A stretch of 64,000 bases of DNA from Caecitellus pseudoparvulus. Taxonomy: Eukaryota; Protista; Bigyra: Bicosoecida. The notes beneath the pieces were generated by a model. It had not been told where the DNA came from and searched no databases. It worked only from the letters and a program-made list of their open reading frames with translations. The position numbers were made by a program, and so were the translations under genes. This document shows positions 1 to 8,969 of this stretch, piece after piece; position 1 is the stretch's first letter, and each line of letters opens with the position of its first letter. The stretch is from contig CBFFRQ010000090.1 in assembly GCA_965644315.1 (NCBI GenBank), positions 62,001 to 126,000 of the forward strand, in the 5' to 3' direction.

Positions 1-3000
1 CCGGTCAGCCCGATGATGGGAAGCCGGCATAGAGACCCTGGAGGGCGCTGTAAGGCCTGTACTATTGGTGCGCTTTCTGTTGTGCTGGCGGAGCCAGCCA
101 GAGGAGCGGTGCCAAGGTACACTGGCGCAGTAAGGGTGGCTTCAGCAGTGCTTGCCCAACGAGGAGGCGGCGGTGTGTGCCTGCCCTCTCGGCCAGTCTC
201 GTACAGCGAACTTGTGCGTGAGCCCCGCCCGTGTGCAGTCTCATGGGGGCCAGTGGCCGCCGTGGAATCATCGATGAGTTGGAGTGAAGCTGGCGCTGCT
301 GCTACTGCGGGGGTTGGGACTGCCTTGCTTGGAAGCTGGAGCTGCACCTGGCTCGCCGCAGGGGGTTCACTGGCGCCTGACGTCACGTCAGACGCCTCGT
401 GCACAGAGGTCTCAGGCGCACATTGCTTCGCGTCGCCGGAAGCGCCTGCTTGGTGTGGCGCTGAGTGACTGCGGGTGATGATGGCTTGTAGTGGCGGGCC
501 ACCCCGCATTGATGTATCTGGGCTGGTAGGCTGCGTAGGGTCATGCCGACGCTGGCCTTTGGAGGACCGCCCCGAGGCTGACCCTTGCTCTGCACCACCA
601 ATGGGGCCGTGGTGCGACGGCGCAGACCCCGCAGCGCTTGCTGTGCCACTAACGCTGCGCAAGCCAGATGACGTGGGAGGCGGCGGCTGGGCAAAGAAGG
701 TGCCATCTGCCTCAAGCTGCCGCACGGCTTCAACGAGTGCCGGGCCGTCCATGACAGGCATGGACATGTCACAAATCATGCACTGCAGCGGCGTGAGGAG
801 GTTGTGCAGCGTCGCCAAGGCTTCCTCCCCATCCTTCGCCGTTGCAACGGTGCAGCCCAGGCGTTTCAACGCCCGAGCCATTTGCGTGCGCAGGGGCTTG
901 GAGTCATCCACGAGGAGCACATGCATGGACAGCCGGGAGCGGCTGACAAACGAACGCAAGTTGCTATGGCTGCGTCTGGCTGGAGGAATGCTGCCCGATC
1001 CCGAGCTCGCACCTCCAGTAGGCACAACTGGCGGAGCACCAGGAGGAGATGCAGCCACCGACACAACAGCACGGGCTGGAAGTCCTGCACTGTGTGGGGC
1101 GAGTGCAGCCGATGGCAGCGCGCACGCGCTCAGTACTGCTGCTGCCGCCTCGGGTGACATCAGCACAGGAAAAGCCAGAGTGAAAGCGCAGCCCTGGTCC
1201 CGGCCGGGGGAAGCCACAGTCAAGTTGCCGCCCTGGCTCTGCAACAGCTCGCGCATCAACCACAGGCCCAGACCAGTGCCCTGCTGCTGCATGCCTGACC
1301 GCAGGCGGGAGAAAGGGCGAAACAGGCTGTCCATCTCATCTTCGCTCATCCCTCGGCCGTGGTCTGCGAGGGTGATCTTCATAAGGTACAGGGGCGTGCT
1401 GGAATGGGCACCTCGCGGGGAGTGCAGCCAGTGGCTGGTCAGCTGCTCCCTCGCCTCGTGCGGGTGCACCGAGACACTCAAGTCCAACAGCACCTGCTTG
1501 CGCCCATCAGTAGACTCGCAGAGGCCATACTTTAGCGAGTTTGTAAACAAGTTCACGAGGACTTGTTTCAGCGTCGCAGCGGTCACAGAGGAGCGGCACT
1601 CCAGCCCTGCGCCACAAAGTCCGTGCAGGGCTTGGGGGCCAGCCACAGTGGCAACGTCAGCACTGGTGGAAACCTGAATGTGCACGCTCCCGTCAAACTG
1701 GGGTGACTCAGGGGCGTCGTAGGTCATGGATAGGTGCCCTGTCAGCTCGAAGAAGTCGCGTAGAGCTGCGGACACATCGAGAAGTGCTGGGGCCAGCCCT
1801 CGGCCGGAACCCCCTCCCACCTGCTGCTTTGCTCGTAAATACACGAGCATGTTGTCCAGTACACCACTGAGCATGGTGAGGGGCTGCTCAAGCGCTGCTA
1901 CGTCCTCGCTGAGGGACTGCTCCAGGCGTGCGAGGGAAGCCGCAGCGCCGGCTCCTGCCTGGTCCCCCGTCTTGCTGCTGGCGGTGCTCATGGAGGCTTT
2001 GTGGTCGGGAATAACAGCGAGTGCGAGGGGAGACCGCCCATCTCCAGCTTCTATGAGTGCGCTGGATGCGGACACAAAACTAGCGCCGCGCCTGTGCCCT
2101 GGCACCTTTGACGCTCCACCCTCCGCCGACATGCGCTGCAGCCGCCGGAGGGTGGTGTGCTTCATACTGTCCAGTACCAGCAACGCCACGGCAGCAGGAG
2201 ACCGGCATTCATGCGACAGCCAGCGCAGCATCCCTGCAGCCTCCTCGTTGGTGTCCTGCAGGCGCGTCTGCCGCAGCTCCAGCAACGTGGACAAGCGGCC
2301 GACGATGGTTACGAGGATGAGGGCAACACATAGCGTGACGAATGTGAGGGAGATCAAAAGGCGTGCAAAGGAGCCGCTGAATATGCTTCTTTCTGAGCAC
2401 GTGGTCGCCAATGCCGCACGCACGTCGGCGTTGTACAGGCTAAGGTGTTCGCCTGATGCCCAGCCGCCTGGTGCCTGGTCAATGGCACAGAGCATGTCCG
2501 CGAAAGCCACGGCTACCGCTACAAACGAGACACTTGACGCAATAACAATCGTAGACACAAAGACAGTGACATACTTCCACGCACTGCGCGTCGCAACCTG
2601 CCTCACTGGCTCTGGCAGAAGCGGTAGATTGAACCACACCTTGAGACTGTGTGCGGGATCTGCCGGCTCAAGGCGCCCACACCTGAACCACGAGCAGGCT
2701 AGTGCTCGAGCACAGGTGGATTGGGGAAACAAAGTTGCGTATGTGAAAGGAGGAATAATGCACAGGGCCACAGGGGCGAGCACCACGCAAGCTCGCAGGT
2801 CCAGCACCGACAGCAGGAAGCCAGGGAGGCAGGCGAAGAGAACGCAAGCCTGAAGGACCAGACCCATTTTGGAGGCGTGGTCGTGCTCCGGGGGGACGAC
2901 ATACAGCAACACCCCCCGGCCCATGGTGTCCACGGCACAGGCGCCCCCCGTGCCCATCACCGCCAGCACCATGCCAGGCATGATCACCTCTGCCTGCGAA

Positions 3001-3518
3001 GCAAGTGCGCCCACCAAGGCAGCAGCCGCAAGGCCGATGGGGATAAACACGTCGACGAAGAAGTTGTCATGCACTGCCGCTGTGATGAGCCGGGACGTGT
3101 GCAAATCAAAGCCACCTGACGCCACTCGAGAGACGGTGTCGCGAGCGACGGCCACCTCGGCTTGGTTCAGCACCAAGGCCACTGGGAGGAAGACAGCGAC
3201 GTGAGACACCACCCACTGAATCAAAATACTGCACTCCGTCTGGTATCTGTGCTGATGCTGGGCCTGCTGGCCTCCTATGGACGCTGCGGCGGCTTGGCTC
3301 ACGAGGGCGGCCAGGCTGAGCAAAAACCCCGCAGCGAGCATCCACCGCGCTCGGTCCATGTGTGGGCACCTGCAGCATGTGCATGTCTGTGGAAGTGCGA
3401 GCCGATCCTGCGAATCTTGTGTCACAAGTGCCTCCTTCTTAGCTCCCCCTGCTCCTCTGCCAGGGCTACGCAGAGTGGGCCCCCCGACTGGCTTACCCTG
3501 GGATGCTTTGGGCTGCAT
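1..3518 (-). CDS. Membrane-bound hybrid histidine kinase 1 (multi-TM sensor + HisKA + HATPase_c + split receiver); 3' end runs off the window
   Basis: Not in the ORF track because its stop lies outside the window. Manual minus-strand translation (in-frame stop at 3537-3539; ATGs at 3518 and 3359) gives hydrophobic segments, then the H-box MLRWLSHECRSP (ATG at 2231), QPLTMLSGVLDNMLVYL, the N-box VNLFTNSLKYG, DHGRGM and GTGLGLWLMRELLQSQGG. The receiver begins VLLVDDSKPLR...ICDMSMPVMDGP, and RLPIIGLT is at the window edge. Start may be 3359 (MDRARWMLAAGFLL). Confidence 0.9.
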   Translation of the reverse strand, partial: MQPKASQGKPVGGPTLRSPGRGAGGAKKEALVTQDSQDRLALPQTCTCCRCPHMDRARWMLAAGFLLSLAALVSQAAAASIGGQQAQHQHRYQTECSILIQWVVSHVAVFLPVALVLNQAEVAVARDTVSRVASGGFDLHTSRLITAAVHDNFFVDVFIPIGLAAAALVGALASQAEVIMPGMVLAVMGTGGACAVDTMGRGVLLYVVPPEHDHASKMGLVLQACVLFACLPGFLLSVLDLRACVVLAPVALCIIPPFTYATLFPQSTCARALACSWFRCGRLEPADPAHSLKVWFNLPLLPEPVRQVATRSAWKYVTVFVSTIVIASSVSFVAVAVAFADMLCAIDQAPGGWASGEHLSLYNADVRAALATTCSERSIFSGSFARLLISLTFVTLCVALILVTIVGRLSTLLELRQTRLQDTNEEAAGMLRWLSHECRSPAAVALLVLDSMKHTTLRRLQRMSAEGGASKVPGHRRGASFVSASSALIEAGDGRSPLALAVIPDHKASMSTASSKTGDQAGAGAAASLARLEQSLSEDVAALEQPLTMLSGVLDNMLVYLRAKQQVGGGSGRGLAPALLDVSAALRDFFELTGHLSMTYDAPESPQFDGSVHIQVSTSADVATVAGPQALHGLCGAGLECRSSVTAATLKQVLVNLFTNSLKYGLCESTDGRKQVLLDLSVSVHPHEAREQLTSHWLHSPRGAHSSTPLYLMKITLADHGRGMSEDEMDSLFRPFSRLRSGMQQQGTGLGLWLMRELLQSQGGNLTVASPGRDQGCAFTLAFPVLMSPEAAAAVLSACALPSAALAPHSAGLPARAVVSVAASPPGAPPVVPTGGASSGSGSIPPARRSHSNLRSFVSRSRLSMHVLLVDDSKPLRTQMARALKRLGCTVATAKDGEEALATLHNLLTPLQCMICDMSMPVMDGPALVEAVRQLEADGTFFAQPPPPTSSGLRSVSGTASAAGSAPSHHGPIGGAEQGSASGRSSKGQRRHDPTQPTSPDTSMRGGPPLQAIITRSHSAPHQAGASGDAKQCAPETSVHEASDVTSGASEPPAASQVQLQLPSKAVPTPAVAAAPASLQLIDDSTAATGPHETAHGRGSRTSSLYETGREGRHTPPPPRWASTAEATLTAPVYLGTAPLAGSASTTESAPIVQALQRPPGSLCRLPIIGLT

Positions 3519-4113
3519 CCTGTTGCGCACCTGCCTTCAGCTTGAACAGACAGGCTGCAAGAAGGTGAAGCAACTGGGCGGGACGGTTACGTTCCGTCGA
3601 AAATTGGCTCCAAGAGAGAGATCTGCGCATGAGAGGGGCCGGCGGCGAGGTTTGAGAGCGGCAGCTGAACCCCACACGAACCCGGAAACCGCCCACTCAT
3701 GCAGAAGATGCCAGTTTCTGCATGAAACGCAGGCTTGTTGGACTTCGAACTGAGCTAGCCTAGCGAGCGCTTTGTCGAATCGGCGCTAACTGCACTTCCT
3801 GCTCTACTAAAGCTCTCGTGGAGAAAGCTGAACGCAGCAGAGCTCACTGGGCGCGCACCACAAGGCTGCACCATTTCCAGCGGCACAAAACCGACAACGC
3901 AGCCGCCATGTGCTAGTGCAAATCTGCTTCTGATCCTTGTTAGGTACGTTGGTTTGCGAGTTAGGCCGCTCAGAGCTCCACCACGTGCAGCGCGCGGTTG
4001 CCAGAGTGACCTGCTTCCCCTGCTGCGGAATAAGCTACCCTGTGCTGGTCCGCATCTACAAACACAGAACCTGTCGCATTCAGTTGAGCAGTGGCACTGC
4101 CATTCATGTGCTC
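3519..4113. promoter_or_regulatory. Probable bidirectional promoter region between divergent HK1 and HK2
   Basis: Head-to-head arrangement of two paralogs and somewhat lower GC. No specific motif identified. Confidence 0.35.
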
Positions 4114-7100
4114 ATGACAAAGTGGGAGTGGGACCCTTCCAGGGTCGCGTTCGCAGGTGCCATCCTGATCTTCGCGGTGGTCACAGTCCTCCAAGCCGCA
4201 CTCGTGCTCCCAAAGGAAGCGCAGCATACACAAGACCACAGTGACACTGCCATTGTTGTTCTTTGGCTCGTATGTGCCACCGCCACGGACACATGCGTAC
4301 GCACTATCAGCTGCGCCGCGGCAAATGAGCAGTCTGTACAAGGCTCGGGACACACCCAGCACCAGCTCACAGCAGCATCAACCGCCCCCAGCGCGCACCC
4401 TGCTCTGCGCTCCGGACAGCTCCTGCTGACACTGAGCCTCACCACAAGGACGAGTATGACAGGTGTTGCCCTACTGGCGACGCTGTCGCTCCTCACAAGC
4501 GGCAGGGTGGTGCTCAGCCCCGAAGTGGCCCTTGCAACGACTGTCCTGGCCATTTGGGGAACAGCAAACTCCATTTGCCGAGCAGCCCTCGTGCACTTCG
4601 ATGAAGGCTTGGCGCAGCTGCCAAAGATTGGCGTCAGCACCTTGCTGTGCTTCGCGCCCCCGATGCTGGCAGCGGTGCTGGCCATCCTTGTTGACGTGCG
4701 CGCAACTGGAGCCGCTGCCGCCCTTTCTGCCATCACACTCCCCATCTGCGCCTTGGTTGTGGTACTCGAGGAATTCGTGCGGCGCACGTTCGACCTCGGG
4801 GTCAGAGTCTGCTCCCCTGAGCAGCAGAGCACGTTTTGGTATCGGTGGTTCTGGACGGAGCCCGTCCCGGAGCACATCCGCAAGACAGCGCTCAAAGCAG
4901 CCGCGAGGTACATCATTCCGTTCGGGATTGCCATTGTCCTCACAGTTGCTGCAGCCATGGGGCTGTACATTGTCGTTGTGGAGCAAGAGTGGTGTGTGCT
5001 GACCCATCCAGACATGCTGCAGGCGTCATGGACTCCAGCGTTCACCCCCCTTGCCTTGCGAGTTCGGGCCGAGTGCGGGCACTTCGGCGCATGGCAGGGC
5101 ATGAACTTGCGTGGCGTCATGTGCCTTGCCTCGGTAACGAGCAGCATTTCCTTAAGCGTCATCGGCGCGCTAGCTCGGGTGACTACCTTGCTGCACATGG
5201 CTGACGAGGAGCTGCGGGGAGGACAGCAGCAATCTGCAGCCATGCTGCGCTGGCTATCTCACGAATGCCGATCCCCGGTGGCTGTGTCCCTGCTCGTCAT
5301 GGACAGCATCCGCAGCGAGGCTGAGGGTGATTTCCAAACCCTCAAACAGGCAGCCCCCAGTGCTGCACGGCACGTGGCTCAGCTCCAGCGGCGCTTGGAG
5401 AAGGACCTGGCCGCAGCTGAGCAGCCACTCAACATGCTCAGTGGCATCTTGGACAACATGCTCGTGTACCTGCATCGAATGGCGAGCGCTGCTGCTGGCA
5501 AGCACCACCAGCTCCCCATAGCACGGGAGCTGGACCTGGGTGTCGCCATTGGCGACTTCCTGGACATCACGCCTCAGCTCATCATGTCATACGATGTAGA
5601 AGAGCCGCAAATCACTGGAGGCGTTACGGTGAAGCTGCCGGACGGCAAGTTGCACTCGGTGAAGGACGACGCGCCGCTGCAGTCCTTGGCAAGCACACGC
5701 TTGCGCATGTTCTCCCCCGTCAGCGCGTCCACTGTGCGGCAGGTCCTCATGAACCTCTTCACAAACGCTCTGAAGTATGGGACGACTAGCGTTCGTGAAG
5801 GCGGGCACCCAGTCACGCTGGAGGGCTCGGCCTTCATTGATATTTCAGTCAAGCTGGCGGTTTGTGAGCGTGTCTCGCGCGCCGCTTCGGATTGGGACTT
5901 CGACCTGGGCTCCGGCGAAGACACGCGGCCATTCCTGCTTCCTATGGAGTCCCTTGCCGTTCCAGTCCAGCCGAGTGCCCACAAAGGCGAGGGGCTGAGC
6001 CCCTCCGTGCACCCAGCCCCAAAGCAAGCCACCGCCGTGGGTGTCCAGCCTGAAGTGGCCCCTCGGGAACCTGGCCGCAGCATGCGCATCTCTATCAGCG
6101 TCTCAGACCAAGGTCGAGGCATGAGTGTGGAGGAACTTGATTCGTTGTTCCGGCCCTTCTCACGCCTGCGCTCCGGGCAGCAGCAAAAGGGCACAGGGCT
6201 CGGCCTGTGGCTGATGAAGGAGCTGCTGCAGAGCCAGGGCGGGGACCTCACGGTCATGTCAAAGGGGGTAGGCAGAGGAAGCACCTTTACTCTGTCCTTT
6301 CCAGGGGTGGTCTTGGACAGCCACTTGAACTGGTTTGTGGGGCTGGCGTGCCTGGATCGCAAGCACACACCCACAGCTGGCAGGCCGCAGCAGAGCCTGC
6401 CCTTGACTGGCGGCATTGCAGGCCAGCGATCCATTTCCGAGGGGCAACAACTGCATGTCTTGCTGGTGGACGATTCCAAGCCCCTGCGCCGCCAGATGGC
6501 GCGGGCTCTGAAGCGGCTGGGATGTGAGGTGCAGACAGCCGTGGACGGCCAAGATGCGCTGGCTGTGCTGCAGGACTGCCATGAACCCTTGCAATGCGTT
6601 ATTTGCGACATGTCCATGCCGGTCATGGACGGGCCTGAAGTTACACGCGCCATTCGCAAGCTAGAGGCAGCAGGGAAGTGCTTCACGCAGCTGCCACACA
6701 GTGGGGAAGCGAGGCAGACATCCGCTTCGGTCACCACTGCTGACTCCCAGGCCCCGGAAAAGCACCATGATGCCGAGAGTCGAGGTCACGCCAGCCGCAG
6801 CCAGCCACGCTCACTGGTCACAGTTGAAGCCTGGGGGGGCCAGGGCAAGGGGGAGGCGGACTCTGCTGCACCTCCACAGCTCTTCTCCAAACTCAGCATC
6901 GTCAGTATTGAAGAAGAAGAGTTGGAAAGTCGTTCTGGGACGTCGGGCTCAGTGAGCCTGGATGCGCCGCCGGCGCGGGCTGCCGGTGCTTCCCAAAGCG
7001 GCCCATCACCGCACCCGACGAGGCATGCGTTGCGGGAGCGTGAGCCTGGAGGGCTGGACCGCTGCCCCAGCTGGGCACAGAACTCTGCCCAGGGCTCGAG

Positions 7101-7350
7101 CTCCGGGACATCCACTGCATCGTGGGATGCACGGCGGCTGCCCATCATCGGCTTGACAGGCAACGCACTGAAAGCAGACCAGGACGCCTTCCTGCAAGCT
7201 GGCGCAGATCGGGTTCTGACCAAGCCTGTGAACGCTGAGGGGGTGCTCTTGACTCTTCAAGAGCTCACGCGGAAACTCCGCCAGCCTGCAAACATTGCAC
7301 TGCAAGTGCCACAGTCTGGCACGCAGCGCGGCTCAGCCAGTGGGCGGTAG
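4114..7350 (+). CDS. Membrane-bound hybrid histidine kinase 2
   Basis: ORF 3937..7350; first ATG at 4114 (MTKWEWDPSR). Several TM segments, H-box SHECRSP, N-box MNLFTNALKYG, G1 DQGRGM, G2 GTGLGL. Receiver LLVDD..ICDMSMPVMDG ... LPIIGLTGNA..GADRVLTKP. Confidence 0.93.
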   Translation: MTKWEWDPSRVAFAGAILIFAVVTVLQAALVLPKEAQHTQDHSDTAIVVLWLVCATATDTCVRTISCAAANEQSVQGSGHTQHQLTAASTAPSAHPALRSGQLLLTLSLTTRTSMTGVALLATLSLLTSGRVVLSPEVALATTVLAIWGTANSICRAALVHFDEGLAQLPKIGVSTLLCFAPPMLAAVLAILVDVRATGAAAALSAITLPICALVVVLEEFVRRTFDLGVRVCSPEQQSTFWYRWFWTEPVPEHIRKTALKAAARYIIPFGIAIVLTVAAAMGLYIVVVEQEWCVLTHPDMLQASWTPAFTPLALRVRAECGHFGAWQGMNLRGVMCLASVTSSISLSVIGALARVTTLLHMADEELRGGQQQSAAMLRWLSHECRSPVAVSLLVMDSIRSEAEGDFQTLKQAAPSAARHVAQLQRRLEKDLAAAEQPLNMLSGILDNMLVYLHRMASAAAGKHHQLPIARELDLGVAIGDFLDITPQLIMSYDVEEPQITGGVTVKLPDGKLHSVKDDAPLQSLASTRLRMFSPVSASTVRQVLMNLFTNALKYGTTSVREGGHPVTLEGSAFIDISVKLAVCERVSRAASDWDFDLGSGEDTRPFLLPMESLAVPVQPSAHKGEGLSPSVHPAPKQATAVGVQPEVAPREPGRSMRISISVSDQGRGMSVEELDSLFRPFSRLRSGQQQKGTGLGLWLMKELLQSQGGDLTVMSKGVGRGSTFTLSFPGVVLDSHLNWFVGLACLDRKHTPTAGRPQQSLPLTGGIAGQRSISEGQQLHVLLVDDSKPLRRQMARALKRLGCEVQTAVDGQDALAVLQDCHEPLQCVICDMSMPVMDGPEVTRAIRKLEAAGKCFTQLPHSGEARQTSASVTTADSQAPEKHHDAESRGHASRSQPRSLVTVEAWGGQGKGEADSAAPPQLFSKLSIVSIEEEELESRSGTSGSVSLDAPPARAAGASQSGPSPHPTRHALREREPGGLDRCPSWAQNSAQGSSSGTSTASWDARRLPIIGLTGNALKADQDAFLQAGADRVLTKPVNAEGVLLTLQELTRKLRQPANIALQVPQSGTQRGSASGR

Positions 7351-7522
7351 CCGCCAGCGAAGAAAACACCCCTGCCAGAAATGCACGGCCCACAGAAATG
7401 GTGGCTAAAAGTCAATAACGGAGGCGGTATTCGCCATTGCATTCGCTCCTGCGCTCAGCGCCTGGATCGGGGCTCACAGTTGCCGGGAGAGCTACACAAG
7501 GCCAGCCGTTGCAGGCTCCACC

Positions 7523-8932
7523 ATGGCCGCGCAGGCTGCTTCGGGCCCTAAAGAGCAACCACTGACCGAAGGCGTGCTTCTTGCTGCATCTCCCATTGGC
7601 AGGGGCCGAGGCGAGACGCCAGAGTCCATGCTGCGCAGGGTGTCACACCTGAACCTGCAGCAAAAGAAGCTGAAAACGCTCGTGAGTGCGGCGCGGCGCA
7701 TTGGCCGGCATGCAAGGAACAGTACTCAGTCAAGTGAGGACAAGGGTGTCACGTTGTATTTTCCTGCGTATACAGGATGGAGTTGGGCAGTGCCCTAACT
7801 TGCGCACTCTGTATGCGTATGAAAACGAGTTGGCTGGCCTGACTGCGGATTTTGCCATGACACCCAGGCTCACGCATCTGTACCTGTCCAAGAATATGAT
7901 TGCATCATTGCAGTTTCTCGAGAAGGCTAGCCATCTTCAGAAACTGTGTGTGGCACTTGTAGCCATTGAACCCGCAGCGCGGGCCGAACAAGTCAGTGCT
8001 TGTCTCACAGATACCTTGACGGCAACCGCTTGGAGGTCGTATCCGGGCTGGAGGCGTGCAAGTCCCTCGTGGAGCTTGATGTCAGCCACCAATGCGCTGA
8101 GCAGCCGCTCTCTTTTGATGATGCATCCCTGCAAGCAATTAGTGTGCGTCGCCTGCAGGCGCTGCGTGCTACCGCAAGCTGCAGAAGCAGGCCCGCCCGT
8201 TCCTTGCAGGGCACATTGACTCACCTGAACGTGGCCGGTAACGAGCTGACCTCCACCGAACCTCTGGCTGTTCTGTGGCGCCTGACGACTTTGGACCTCT
8301 CCGACAACGCCCTCCCAGCGCTGGAGGCCCTGCACCCCGTGATGCAGGGCTGTGACGGGTTACAGGAGCTCAAAGCCAGCGGTAACCCCTGCACTGCAGC
8401 AGACTCCGCCCCTCGTCGGGCCAAGGTGGCCGATGCCATCATCTTGGCGGCCCCCACCTCCCTCAGTGTGCTGGATGGGCAGGAGATCTCGCGCGAGCGG
8501 CGCCACTTCCTGTACGCCCGTGAAATGAAGCGGCAGGGGCTGCCGATGCCAGGTGCGCGGGCCCACCAGGGAGCAGATGCTGCAGGCAGCAGGCGCATCC
8601 CTAAGCATGCGCCCACGGCAGGTGGGCAGCACAGTGTGACGCTGGGAGCAGGGGGTGGCTGGAAGGGGCGCCAGAGCGCAGGCAGCTTCGGCAGGCCTGG
8701 CGCCGGACCTCGCCGCCATGCTTCGGCAGCAGCCCTCCCACCTGCCAGCTCTGGGCCCACCTTCACGGCCGGACTGGCAGAAGCTGTGCCTGGTGGTCGG
8801 CCCATGCCCCGTGAGGGCGTGCAGCGCCCTGCTCCCGTGCCACGGGGCCGGGGAGCAGGGCGCCAAGCTCGTAGCCGGCGGGGCAAGCCGGAGTCCTCAG
8901 GCCTGAGCCTGCATGGGGCAGGGGCGTGGTGA
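7523..8932 (+). CDS. PPP1R42: SDS22-type leucine-rich repeat protein, PPP1R42/LRRC67-like (4 exons)
   Basis: Introns 7682-7775, 7946-8010 and 8144-8209 join ETPESMLRRVSHLNLQQKKLKTL-DGVGQCPNLRTLYAYENEL...LTHLYLSKNMI...LQKLYLDGNRLEVVSGLE...LDVSHQ..PLSFDDASLQAIS-GTLTHLNVAGN...GNPC. This matches the PPP1R42 layout as I recall it. Confidence 0.78.
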
Positions 8933-8969
8933 CGGCACTGCTGTGTGTACATTGCGTGTGATGGTGGGC

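Noticed and set aside
475-2853. Plus-strand ORFs of 400 and 375 aa
   Set aside because: Shadows of minus-strand HK1, which the ORF track missed.
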